The position numbers and the translations under genes are program-made. From a virus (Duplodnaviria; Heunggongvirae; Uroviricota; Caudoviricetes): a DNA stretch of 64,000 nucleotides. A model generated the notes under the pieces. It had not been told where the DNA came from, did no database searches, and saw nothing but the letters and a program-made list of their open reading frames with translations. How positions within the stretch are numbered: the first letter of the stretch is position 1; each line of letters opens with the position of its first letter. The DNA lies in IMG/VR virus record IMGVR_UViG_3300016476_000987; one strand, 5' to 3'. Shown here one piece after another: positions 36,657 through 45,227 of the stretch.

Positions 36657-36976
36657 AAAAAGAACCTGAAGTTAAGACAGAAGCAGTTGTGGAAGTAAAA
36701 GCGACTACCCCTAGTAAGAAGTACAAGCTTACTAGTTCTGATAAAAAAGTATCTCTAGAGGCTGATGAAGTTCAGTACATAGTATGGAGATCTAATGGAA
36801 CTTTTGGAAGTACTACTAATAACCCTTCTGTAGGTAACAGCCTGGCTTTAGATCTAGTAGTAGGAGAGTCTGCTACCCATGTTACTGATGTTATAGTAGA
36901 GATAGTAGAGAACACCGGCAAATCAGTAAAGTTTAAGACTAAAGACAAAAGTTACGAATTGGTAGTACAGAAGTAA
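36653..36976 (+). CDS. hypothetical protein
   Basis: 107-aa ORF with an ATGA overlap to the upstream gene. Confidence 0.55.
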   Translation: MKKEPEVKTEAVVEVKATTPSKKYKLTSSDKKVSLEADEVQYIVWRSNGTFGSTTNNPSVGNSLALDLVVGESATHVTDVIVEIVENTGKSVKFKTKDKSYELVVQK

Positions 36977-36988
36977 TATAAAGGCTGT

Positions 36989-37306
36989 ATGAGCAGAAAA
37001 AACAGTAAGACAACAGAACTGTACTTAGGCTCAGGAGCTAATTTAGAACTAGTATCAACTAAAGTATTGTCTACTACAGATACTCTTGTATTGTACGGCC
37101 CTTCGGGAGATAATTACGAATTACAAATAAAAATTGAGGGAGACTTGAGTAATATTCCTGAGGAGTATCATCAAGCCTTCCTCAATATGTTTTCGGCCAA
37201 GTATTTGGGAAGAGTGTCCTACACAGAGAATATTTTATCTGATCATGAAAATCCTCCTAAGAGAAAGTGGTATGAGTTCTGGAAAATAATAAAGATTTCC
37301 TTTTAA
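36989..37306 (+). CDS. hypothetical protein
   Basis: 105-aa ORF. Confidence 0.5.
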   Translation: MSRKNSKTTELYLGSGANLELVSTKVLSTTDTLVLYGPSGDNYELQIKIEGDLSNIPEEYHQAFLNMFSAKYLGRVSYTENILSDHENPPKRKWYEFWKIIKISF

Positions 37307-37307
37307 T

Positions 37308-37568
37308 ATGAAAAGACAATACACAGATGTCTTAGAAGACATAATAAATAAGATGTTTGAGATTTCCAATCATACAGTAACGTATAAGTCTTTATTAGGT
37401 AGAACAGATCCTTGGTATACTCAATATGAAATGACTAAAGAACAGGAGCAGCAGTGGTTAGAGTATGGTGTTTCATATATTAGAACTGAGATGAAAGTTC
37501 CAAAATACATAGCTAAAAATATGATGGCAAACATACATCTTCTGTATGGATTAAAAGTAAAAGAATGA
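37308..37568 (+). CDS. hypothetical protein
   Basis: 86-aa ORF, tightly packed. Confidence 0.5.
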   Translation: MKRQYTDVLEDIINKMFEISNHTVTYKSLLGRTDPWYTQYEMTKEQEQQWLEYGVSYIRTEMKVPKYIAKNMMANIHLLYGLKVKE

Positions 37569-38293
37569 AAACTGTTTTTATAGGAGATCTTCATGGCAAT
37601 CCTGCCTGGAAAAAGATTGTAGAAGATAATTTGGATGCCGGTAGGTTTGTCTTTGTGGGGGACTACTTTGACAGCTTTCATTATAGCGCAGTAGAACAAT
37701 TAGCAAATTTTAAAGACGTTGTAGAGTTTAAGGAGACTTCTAGTGCTGAAGTTGTAATGCTAGTAGGGAATCATGATATACATTACTATCCTGGCGTAAC
37801 AGATACAGCTACACGGGGATTTCAAAGGTCTTTATATTTTTCAATAATGCCCGTCGTAGAAGAGCATAGGAAGCATCTACAGATAGCCTATTCTTTTGAA
37901 GATGTCTTATGTACTCATGCCGGAGTTAGTGAAGACTTTATGAAAGATAATTTTAACTATGATTGGAAAATGAGCACTATAGCCGAGCAGCTTAATATGC
38001 TGTTTGAGTATAGACCTAATAAGTTTCGTTTTCCGGAATACTGTATTGATCCTTATGGAGATGATAAAGACCAAACTCCAATTTGGATACGACCTAAGAG
38101 CCTTATGAGAGCTAGTAAGAATATAAGAAAAGTCTATAGGCAAGTAGTAGGACATACTAAAATGGATAGACTAAGAATAGAAGACTTAAAAAAATGGACC
38201 GGAGGAAATTATTTTTTCATAGATACTATAAACACTTCTGGTGAATATTTGATTAGAGAATCAGATGGTACTTATCGTACAGGTAAAATATAA
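37565..38293 (+). CDS. Ser/Thr-phosphatase-type metallophosphoesterase (PPP/ApaH-like)
   Basis: FIGDLHGN, VFVGDYFDS, VGNHD, CTHAG. Confidence 0.8.
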   Translation: MKTVFIGDLHGNPAWKKIVEDNLDAGRFVFVGDYFDSFHYSAVEQLANFKDVVEFKETSSAEVVMLVGNHDIHYYPGVTDTATRGFQRSLYFSIMPVVEEHRKHLQIAYSFEDVLCTHAGVSEDFMKDNFNYDWKMSTIAEQLNMLFEYRPNKFRFPEYCIDPYGDDKDQTPIWIRPKSLMRASKNIRKVYRQVVGHTKMDRLRIEDLKKWTGGNYFFIDTINTSGEYLIRESDGTYRTGKI

Positions 38294-38303
38294 AAATGAA
38301 GTT

Positions 38304-38567
38304 ATGTGCCACGTTGTTAGATTAAAAGATGGAACTTACGGAACAGTTATCCGTGAATGGAGCTGGAAAGATAATCCACACTTTAAAATATATAAAGACA
38401 GAACATACAAAGAAAGATTATATGAAGATTTTGTTGATGTAGAATTAGATGCCCACTTTAAAGGTGAAACTTTTAAAATGGCTAATCCTCTACATAGTAA
38501 TTTCTATCAAGTTTTTTCTACTGTATGTCAAAAAGATGTAGAATACGTTTACTTAACAAAAGAATAA
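38304..38567 (+). CDS. hypothetical protein
   Basis: Start moved to MCHVVRLKDG to avoid overlap with the phosphatase gene. Confidence 0.45.
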   Translation: MCHVVRLKDGTYGTVIREWSWKDNPHFKIYKDRTYKERLYEDFVDVELDAHFKGETFKMANPLHSNFYQVFSTVCQKDVEYVYLTKE

Positions 38568-38571
38568 AGGT

Positions 38572-38826
38572 ATGAAGTTATATTATTTCAATCCAAATAG
38601 TTATGGATTACAATGGTTTGTGGTATCTGACAGTGAAGAGAATGCTATCAAAGCATTAAATGAGTTTTTTGCAAACAATGAAGAGCCATATATGGCTAAG
38701 TTTAAATGGGTTGATGGACAGTTAACAGAACCTTCTAAATATTCTGAAGACGGAATTCATAGGTATAAACATTATACTATTGATGTATATGAACCCAATC
38801 AGGTCCTTGATAGCGAAATAGCTTAA
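38572..38826 (+). CDS. hypothetical protein
   Basis: 84-aa ORF. Confidence 0.5.
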   Translation: MKLYYFNPNSYGLQWFVVSDSEENAIKALNEFFANNEEPYMAKFKWVDGQLTEPSKYSEDGIHRYKHYTIDVYEPNQVLDSEIA

Positions 38827-38843
38827 TTATTAAAAATAAAGTT

Positions 38844-39380
38844 ATGAAAGATCTAAAAGTAGGAGATAAAGTATGGATGGGGTGTTACACCTCTATGGGA
38901 GCTTCATCAGAAGGAGAATCAACTATTGAGGAAGTAGACTACCGGTATGATGAAAAGACTGGAAGCAAATACAAAGTATATAAAGTAGGGAGCGATTGGT
39001 TCAATGAAGCGGGATGTTGTTTAAATAAAGACTCTATGTTTTACATAGAAGAAATGTGTCCTCCGTCAAAACCAATCTATAAAAAAAGAATTATAGATGA
39101 TAAGACTGCTGAGATCTATAGTAACTATAATCCCAAAGCAGTTAATACTATTTTAACTGATTTGCAAAAAGAGTTCAAACCAAAAAGAAAAATATCTAAA
39201 AGATATAATAAAAAATCTCTTACTGCCGAAGAAAAGAAAGTATCAAGAAAAACTGCTAAAATGAAAAAAGAATTGATACAAAAGTATTTAGATAGAGGAC
39301 ACGATAAAGAGCAAGCCGAAACTATGGCAATGAGAATTTTATATATAGCTGGTTTTTCTGGACCTACTTTTAAAGACTAA
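38844..39380 (+). CDS. hypothetical protein with Lys-rich C-terminal half
   Basis: 178-aa ORF. Confidence 0.55.
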   Translation: MKDLKVGDKVWMGCYTSMGASSEGESTIEEVDYRYDEKTGSKYKVYKVGSDWFNEAGCCLNKDSMFYIEEMCPPSKPIYKKRIIDDKTAEIYSNYNPKAVNTILTDLQKEFKPKRKISKRYNKKSLTAEEKKVSRKTAKMKKELIQKYLDRGHDKEQAETMAMRILYIAGFSGPTFKD

Positions 39381-39390
39381 AATAAAGATT

Positions 39391-39945
39391 ATGACATTAG
39401 TAGATCATGCAAGGTTTGAATTAGAATTAAAGGGTCTTATGTCTGAAGAAGGAGACTTCTACGGAGGTATGACAGGACAGGCAGTAATGGAGTTAATTGA
39501 GGTGTTTTCCAAACAAGGACACTCTGGTATGTCTGCGGGTAGGGTGCTATCGCTATTTAGTAAATTAGCTCGTTTTGAGCCTATAGGACCTCTTACAGGA
39601 AAAGATGAAGAATGGAGGTTGTTAGATTACTCAAAAAAAGTCATATACCAAAATATGCGTTGCTCAGCAGTATTTAAAGATGCACAGGGTATAGCAACGT
39701 ATAATTCAGCTATAGTAAAAAGATGTCCTAACGGAGCAAATTGGACCGGTCCGCTATACATGACTAAAGAAGATGCTATTAATAATACTAATAAAATTGA
39801 AGTAGCTATTAAAGAATTTCCTTTTACTCCTAAAACTTTTTTTATAGATGTTATTGAAGAAGAAATTGAAGAAGATGATTGGATAATGTGGGTAAAAGAT
39901 CCTCAACAGTTAGAAGAAGTATTCGAGTATTATAAACAAGTATAA
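39391..39945 (+). CDS. hypothetical protein
   Basis: 184-aa ORF. Confidence 0.55.
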   Translation: MTLVDHARFELELKGLMSEEGDFYGGMTGQAVMELIEVFSKQGHSGMSAGRVLSLFSKLARFEPIGPLTGKDEEWRLLDYSKKVIYQNMRCSAVFKDAQGIATYNSAIVKRCPNGANWTGPLYMTKEDAINNTNKIEVAIKEFPFTPKTFFIDVIEEEIEEDDWIMWVKDPQQLEEVFEYYKQV

Positions 39946-39949
39946 GGTT

Positions 39950-40378
39950 ATGAACAACGAAAGATACAATCAGATAATTGATGAGGCGTATGAGAATTAC
40001 ACAAATTATCCATTAGCAACAATACACGACCACCATACAAATATTCTTTATCAAAATAGAGATAAAGGTTGGTGCATGATAAATGGACGTTCGATAGTAT
40101 CTCCACACCCAACCCGACATCTAACACGAGAAGAGTTCATCAACAAAATTAAAACCGATAATGAGTTCTCAGAAAAGTGGGAATTGAAAATTGAAGAAAG
40201 AAAATTAACTTTAGAGGAACGCTATAATAAATGGTTCAATAGCAATTACGAAACCGGTATGGAAAGATATTTTGATCTAAATGATCTACCTGATTTTAAC
40301 GATCCTTATTATGAACCAACCCCTACTAAAGTAATTACAGTAACATACCAGGGAGAAAAAACAGAAGTTTATGAATGA
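39950..40378 (+). CDS. hypothetical protein, paralog A (MNNERYNQIIDEAY...TEVYE)
   Basis: Shares both termini with 40573..40953. Carries EEFINKIKTDNEFSEKW, also present in the ThyA insert. Confidence 0.6.
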   Translation: MNNERYNQIIDEAYENYTNYPLATIHDHHTNILYQNRDKGWCMINGRSIVSPHPTRHLTREEFINKIKTDNEFSEKWELKIEERKLTLEERYNKWFNSNYETGMERYFDLNDLPDFNDPYYEPTPTKVITVTYQGEKTEVYE

Positions 40379-40580
40379 ATACTACATAAATAAAAAACAG
40401 ATTAGATACTTTTATGATTCAAAACGATATCAATGGGTGGATAAAAATGGACATTATTTAGATAGCTTTGAGGAAGTCATCATGTTTCGAGAAACTGAAG
40501 AGGGACAAATGCTTTGGCCTTATTATGATAAACATGAGTATCGAACAGACATAAGATTTAAAATAATTGAAAATGAATAA
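40371..40580 (+). CDS. hypothetical protein
   Basis: 69-aa ORF whose start lies in the ATGAATGA junction with paralog A. Confidence 0.5.
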   Translation: MNEYYINKKQIRYFYDSKRYQWVDKNGHYLDSFEEVIMFRETEEGQMLWPYYDKHEYRTDIRFKIIENE

Positions 40581-40953
40581 CGAAAGATACAATCAGATTA
40601 TTGATGAGGCGTATAAGAATTATTCCAAAGAATATGAAAAGGATAATTCAATAGGTATGACTTTACTTGTTCAAAGAGTAGATGGCAAAGCAGTCTATCG
40701 TAAACCTGACAGAGAAAGGTTCGTAACTATGTGCACCTACGATAAAACATTCTCAGAAAGGTGGGGATTGAAAATTGAAGAAAGAGAGTTGAGTTTGGAA
40801 GAAAGAGGACAATGGTGTCAAGACTTTTTAGATTGGGATTTGGTAGTTGGTAATTTAGACCATGACCATATACGAGAAGATGTTGAAGAAAATGCCCCAA
40901 CCAAACTAATCACAATAACATACAAAAATGAAAAAACAGAAGTTTATGAATAA
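40573..40953 (+). CDS. hypothetical protein, paralog B
   Basis: MNNERYNQIIDEAYKNY...FSERWGLKIEERELSLEER...ITYKNEKTEVYE. Start placed at the ATGAATAA junction. Confidence 0.6.
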   Translation: MNNERYNQIIDEAYKNYSKEYEKDNSIGMTLLVQRVDGKAVYRKPDRERFVTMCTYDKTFSERWGLKIEERELSLEERGQWCQDFLDWDLVVGNLDHDHIREDVEENAPTKLITITYKNEKTEVYE

Positions 40954-41200
40954 CGAACCAAAATTTCAAATAGTTACACAAGAACTATTAGAAACAATGC
41001 ATTTAAAATATTATTCATCAGGTAAAAAATTAAAAGAAGGTGACTTAATAATACCTGGTTTTACAATAGGATATGCAAATATAAATGGACATCCTCCACC
41101 AAATTATTATAGTCACGATGATGCATCTTCTTTAAACCTTAATATTTTTGTTTGGGATAAAGAAAGTAATTTACTATTTCAATTATATAACATAGTATAA
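40946..41200 (+). CDS. hypothetical protein
   Basis: Start placed at the ATGAATAA junction (MNNEPKF). Confidence 0.5.
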   Translation: MNNEPKFQIVTQELLETMHLKYYSSGKKLKEGDLIIPGFTIGYANINGHPPPNYYSHDDASSLNLNIFVWDKESNLLFQLYNIV

Positions 41201-41210
41201 AAATAAAATT

Positions 41211-41471
41211 ATGAACCAAATTTATGAACAAATAAAAAGTGAGTGCCAATTACCTGTTGCACTATTAACATACACATACAAAGATTTTGATGGTGTGTTA
41301 CATCCATTTGGTAGTATTACTATAAATTTTGGAGATAGTGATGAAATCAACATTGAAAAAATGGAAAAAATAAAAAGTGAGTATGGAGAATTTTTTATGT
41401 TTTTTAATAATAGTACAGAAGGGAAAGAGTTTTGGAAAAATAATCCAATAACAATAACACAGAAAAAATAA
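41211..41471 (+). CDS. hypothetical protein
   Basis: 86-aa ORF. Confidence 0.5.
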   Translation: MNQIYEQIKSECQLPVALLTYTYKDFDGVLHPFGSITINFGDSDEINIEKMEKIKSEYGEFFMFFNNSTEGKEFWKNNPITITQKK

Positions 41472-41475
41472 AATT

Positions 41476-42651
41476 ATGAACCAAATCGATATTGATTATC
41501 AAAACTTAGTAAGAGACATTCTTGAGAACGGAAGTCGTAAAAATGATCGTACCAAAACGGGAACCATAAGTGTCTTTGGTAGGACTATTAGACATAGTAT
41601 GAAGGATGGATTTCCACTTCTCACTACAAAGAAGATGGCGTTCAAAACAATGACAACAGAGTTATTGTGGTTTTTGCGTGGTGATACCAATATCAAATAC
41701 CTTGTTGACAATGGGTGTCACATTTGGGATGGTGATGCATGGAAACATTTTTCTACTGTTAGGAAGAGTATGTTAATGTTAAAACCACCTGCATCAGAAG
41801 ATAAATTACGTGAGTATATTGAATGGTATGAGCAAATAACAACACAAGAAGAGTTTATCAACAAAATCAAAACCGATGATGAGTTTGCAAAGAAGTGGGG
41901 AGACCTCGGACCTGTGTATGGAAAGCAGTGGAGGAGTTGGGAAAAATATGGGGTCAGAGGAGTTCAAAATGGAGCAGCCGATATGGGATGGGAAGTTGAA
42001 TCTCCATATATTGACCAAATCGCAAACGTAATCAATCTACTCAAGACAGACCCTGACAGTCGAAGAATGATTGTGAGTGCCTGGAACACAGCGGATTTGT
42101 CAGCAATGGTCCTGCCACCATGCCACATGATGTTTCAGTTTTATACGAGAGAGTTGAGTGAGAGCGAGATATGGGATTATATTCACAAAAATAAAATTGA
42201 AATTAAACATCAACACGCTGTACTATATGGTCACGAAGTTGGAAGTGAATTAAGAAAATCATTTATACCAACACTAAAAGAGAATTATAACATACCAACC
42301 AGAGCAATCTCACTACGATGGGACCAACGCAGCGTTGACGTAGGTCTCGGTTTGCCGTTCAACATAGCAAGTTACGCTCTACTATTGGAGATAGTAGCTA
42401 AAGCAGTTAACATGATTCCTGAAGAACTTATTGGTGATTTAGGTGATTGTCACATCTATAATAATCATATTGATGGCTTGAAAGAACAATTGACTAGAGT
42501 ACCGTATGAGCTACCAACAGTAAAATTACCAAAAACTGATGCGTTTTGGAAAGTATTTGATGTTTCTTTGTTTGGTCACCTCAACTCGACTGATTTCATT
42601 TTAGAAAACTATCAATCACATCCGGCAATTAAACTTCCACTTTCAAATTAA
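41476..42651 (+). CDS. thyA: thymidylate synthase (ThyA) with two in-frame insertions
   Basis: RTKTGTISVFG, GDLGPVYGKQWRSW, VLPPCHMMFQFY, QRSVDVGLGLPFNIASYALL, GDCHIYNNH. At 391 aa it is about 125 aa longer than the compact ThyA form. Confidence 0.93.
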   Translation: MNQIDIDYQNLVRDILENGSRKNDRTKTGTISVFGRTIRHSMKDGFPLLTTKKMAFKTMTTELLWFLRGDTNIKYLVDNGCHIWDGDAWKHFSTVRKSMLMLKPPASEDKLREYIEWYEQITTQEEFINKIKTDDEFAKKWGDLGPVYGKQWRSWEKYGVRGVQNGAADMGWEVESPYIDQIANVINLLKTDPDSRRMIVSAWNTADLSAMVLPPCHMMFQFYTRELSESEIWDYIHKNKIEIKHQHAVLYGHEVGSELRKSFIPTLKENYNIPTRAISLRWDQRSVDVGLGLPFNIASYALLLEIVAKAVNMIPEELIGDLGDCHIYNNHIDGLKEQLTRVPYELPTVKLPKTDAFWKVFDVSLFGHLNSTDFILENYQSHPAIKLPLSN

Positions 42652-42657
42652 AAAACC

Positions 42658-42918
42658 ATGGATAAATTAATTATCGTACATTACATTGATATATCAAAAG
42701 CAGAACCAAATAATATTCCCGAATTAATGGAAGATGTTGCAAAGAGATTTACCCCAACCGAAGACAACATACTAACATACTGGATACCTGTTTATAGTGA
42801 AACCAGAATTGAGTGCATAAATCCAAAACTGATCACAGAAGGAGAATACATTGATGTAAAGTCTTTTTTAGATAAACATCAACAAGCAGTGAATGAATTT
42901 TTAATGCAAGCAAAGTGA
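42658..42918 (+). CDS. hypothetical protein
   Basis: 86-aa ORF. Confidence 0.5.
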   Translation: MDKLIIVHYIDISKAEPNNIPELMEDVAKRFTPTEDNILTYWIPVYSETRIECINPKLITEGEYIDVKSFLDKHQQAVNEFLMQAK

Positions 42919-43091
42919 CAGAATCAGAATACTTAAAGTCTAAAGAATTCCAAGAAGACTTTAGAAAACAAGTCGAGAAAGATACTTGGGATAAAGATCT
43001 TCCTATGGTATATCTAAACGAAGAAGGTTGGATAGTTAAACATTATAAAGACGGTACAATAGAAAAAGTAAAAAAGATAGATAACAAATAA
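42915..43091 (+). CDS. small hypothetical protein (58 aa, GTG start, below track cutoff)
   Basis: GTGA overlap with the upstream stop. Translation (M)TESEYLKSKEFQEDFRKQVEKDTWDKDLPMVYLNEEGWIVKHYKDGTIEKVKKIDNK. Fills an otherwise empty 180-nt gap. Confidence 0.45.
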   Translation: MTESEYLKSKEFQEDFRKQVEKDTWDKDLPMVYLNEEGWIVKHYKDGTIEKVKKIDNK

Positions 43092-43101
43092 ATTAGTAGT
43101 T

Positions 43102-43386
43102 ATGAGAATTAAATCTTTTAGCGTAGATATAGACATAGATGATTTTCTATCTGAGTTATCCAATAGAGACAGGGAGTATATGATGGAATCTCTACAGGAA
43201 GACGGGTACATATCTGATCTCTGTATTATAAAATATGATGGAACAGTAGAGCCTAAGTCAACGAAAAATTCTCCTAGTCCTAATGATGAGTTTGAGGTAG
43301 CTTTGATTAAACTATCCGGTAATGGTTGGAAGCTAACAAAAGAAGAAGAGGAGTTAGTAATAAAGATTTCTCAAAGGATCCCATAA
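43102..43386 (+). CDS. hypothetical protein
   Basis: 94-aa ORF, last gene before the bidirectional terminator. Confidence 0.5.
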   Translation: MRIKSFSVDIDIDDFLSELSNRDREYMMESLQEDGYISDLCIIKYDGTVEPKSTKNSPSPNDEFEVALIKLSGNGWKLTKEEEELVIKISQRIP

Positions 43387-43397
43387 GAAATAAAAAA

Positions 43398-43415
43398 GGG
43401 TAGATCTCTCTACCC
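43398..43415. terminator. bidirectional intrinsic terminator
   Basis: GGGTAGA-TCTC-TCTACCC flanked by an A-run upstream and TTTTCTTTTC downstream, between convergent genes 43102..43386 (+) and 43439..43633 (-). Confidence 0.75.
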
Positions 43416-43438
43416 TTTTCTTTTCTAGCTTAATTCAA

Positions 43439-43633
43439 TTAAGCTGCTTTCTTCTTGTCCAGAATGGACCAAACGGCACCTGCGAGGGTGATAACAGCAC
43501 CGATAACCTGGCTAAGGCCAGCTTCATCGAATATGCCATTAGTTACCATAAAGCCACCGCCAAAGGTTAATACGTGGCGAAGAAGACCGAGTACTTGATC
43601 TTTTGTCATAAATTTACTAATTTTGGTACACAT
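43439..43633 (-). CDS. small membrane protein (holin-like size and topology)
   Basis: 64 aa with two hydrophobic segments (VLTFGGGFMVTNGIF, VIGAVITLAGAVWSIL) and a charged end (DKKKAA). The only - strand gene in this area. Confidence 0.5.
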   Translation of the reverse strand: MCTKISKFMTKDQVLGLLRHVLTFGGGFMVTNGIFDEAGLSQVIGAVITLAGAVWSILDKKKAA

Positions 43634-43671
43634 ATAAATATAGTATATACTTTTAAAAAATAGATTACAAG

Positions 43672-44400
43672 ATGAACCCTCCCCCTAAGTATCCATTACT
43701 ATCAGATGATACTATCAATATAGTGATATGTGAAGATCATATTCTATACAGGCAAGGAATAAAATACACTCTGGATCAAAAGAATAATATACAAATTATC
43801 GGAGAAGCCGATAACGGAGTGTCTTTATTAAATCTACTAAAGCATGTGACTCCTAACATTATTATCCTGGATATTAACATGCCGGTAATGGATGGGGTAG
43901 CTGTGCTACCGGAAATAAAAAGACTGTACCCGGCCATAAAAGTACTGGTCCTTACTATGAATAATACTCCGGAAATGATAGAGATCATGATGTCTAAAGG
44001 AGCTGACGGGTATCTCACAAAGAATGATGATCCGGAAGTTATCTATACGGCCATCTTAGATTGCCATAAAGAAGGAAAATACATAGATAAGAGAACCCAG
44101 GACGTACTTATAAACACTGTTAGGAGAGTAGGAGGAGATCCTATTATAGATATCCCTAATAAAACTACTCAGCCTGCTAGATTTGACACCCCTATACCAG
44201 ACAAAGAACCTTGGTATAAAATGCCAACCAGAGCTACTCTAGTAGGCCTAGGAATAGCTTTTGCTGTGTTTATAGGTCTATACGCATATGAGAAGCTTAG
44301 GGTCAGTAATAAGCCTGTAAAGACGGTACAAGCTCCTCCTAGTTATCCACAAGATTATAACAATAATCGATATGGACTAGATACCATATTCTCTAAATAA
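43672..44400 (+). CDS. orphan response-regulator receiver (REC) domain protein with C-terminal TM anchor
   Basis: The CheY-like set is complete: acidic pair in ICEDH, phospho-acceptor in IIILDINMPVMDG, T in VLVLTMN, K in GADGYLTK. No output HTH is present. A TM helix ATLVGLGIAFAVFIGLYAY lies near the C-terminus. Confidence 0.75.
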   Translation: MNPPPKYPLLSDDTINIVICEDHILYRQGIKYTLDQKNNIQIIGEADNGVSLLNLLKHVTPNIIILDINMPVMDGVAVLPEIKRLYPAIKVLVLTMNNTPEMIEIMMSKGADGYLTKNDDPEVIYTAILDCHKEGKYIDKRTQDVLINTVRRVGGDPIIDIPNKTTQPARFDTPIPDKEPWYKMPTRATLVGLGIAFAVFIGLYAYEKLRVSNKPVKTVQAPPSYPQDYNNNRYGLDTIFSK

Positions 44401-44432
44401 GCAAGGGGCACATATTTATATTAAAGAGAAAA

Positions 44433-44834
44433 ATGAAAAACATGAAGAACAAATTAGTCGAGTGGCTTATAGTTCTGGTTGTAGCATTTACTGCTGTTTT
44501 TTTTGTGGTTACAAAAACAATAAAAGGAACAAACGTACAAGTAGCCCTACAATTAGAGAAGCAATCTAAAGATCTGGAGCAGATTAGTAGCGATGTAATG
44601 TTGAATCAACAAAGCATATTGATGGTCAACGACTTAATCGTTGATATGGATACTAATCAAGCTAAGTATCTGAATGCAATAAAAGAGAACACTAGGTGGC
44701 AGCAAATCAACTACCAGCAGATGTTAAAACTAAAAACCATTTACGATGAAAAAATTAATTCTGTTAGTAATTATAATTACAATCAGGTTGACAGCTTTTT
44801 CGCAAACCGATACGACAGTTACAAAAAAGATTGA
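44433..44834 (+). CDS. N-terminally anchored membrane protein
   Basis: TM helix LVEWLIVLVVAFTAVFFVV, then a Gln/Asn-rich helical region. Confidence 0.55.
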   Translation: MKNMKNKLVEWLIVLVVAFTAVFFVVTKTIKGTNVQVALQLEKQSKDLEQISSDVMLNQQSILMVNDLIVDMDTNQAKYLNAIKENTRWQQINYQQMLKLKTIYDEKINSVSNYNYNQVDSFFANRYDSYKKD

Positions 44835-45195
44835 TACTTCTTTTGTAAGTCTACCTAAAGCCGTAGCGGTACAAGTAATAAAAGATTTAGTAACAAAAGA
44901 TTATTTAGTAGAAGAAAATAAACTTTTAACTTCTACTAATATCTTATTAACAAATAATATATTATTAAAAGACAGCTTACTACAAAAAAAAGATTCTATT
45001 GTTAGTTTATATATACAAAAAGAATCTTATTTTACTAAGACATTAGAAATGAAAGACTTAGAAATCCATTCTTATAAATCCACACAGTCTATTCTAATAA
45101 AAGAAAATAGTAAATTAAACAAAAAACTTTCTTTTTCTAGAGGACTTATTATTAGCGTTTTAGTATTAATGTCTACTTTATTTGCTATTAAATAA
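44746..45195 (+). CDS. secreted / C-terminally anchored protein, overlaps upstream gene by 89 nt
   Basis: Signal-like MKKLILLVIIITIRLTAFS and C-terminal TM LIISVLVLMSTLFAI. Confidence 0.5.
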   Translation: MKKLILLVIIITIRLTAFSQTDTTVTKKIDTSFVSLPKAVAVQVIKDLVTKDYLVEENKLLTSTNILLTNNILLKDSLLQKKDSIVSLYIQKESYFTKTLEMKDLEIHSYKSTQSILIKENSKLNKKLSFSRGLIISVLVLMSTLFAIK

Positions 45196-45227
45196 AATTT
45201 GTAGTTAGCTGTGCAAAAACACAGCTT

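Noticed and set aside
41476-42651. Intron or intein in thyA, given its extra length.
   Set aside because: The reading frame is continuous with no stop codons. The inserts lack intein block motifs (no Cys/Ser...HN-Cys junctions) and are too short for a group I intron. They are treated as in-frame protein insertions.
44433-45195. Overlapped gene pair as a classical i-spanin/o-spanin (Rz/Rz1) pair.
   Set aside because: The second protein has a signal-like N-terminus but no lipobox Cys, and it has a C-terminal TM helix, so it does not fit an o-spanin. It is kept only as an atypical candidate.
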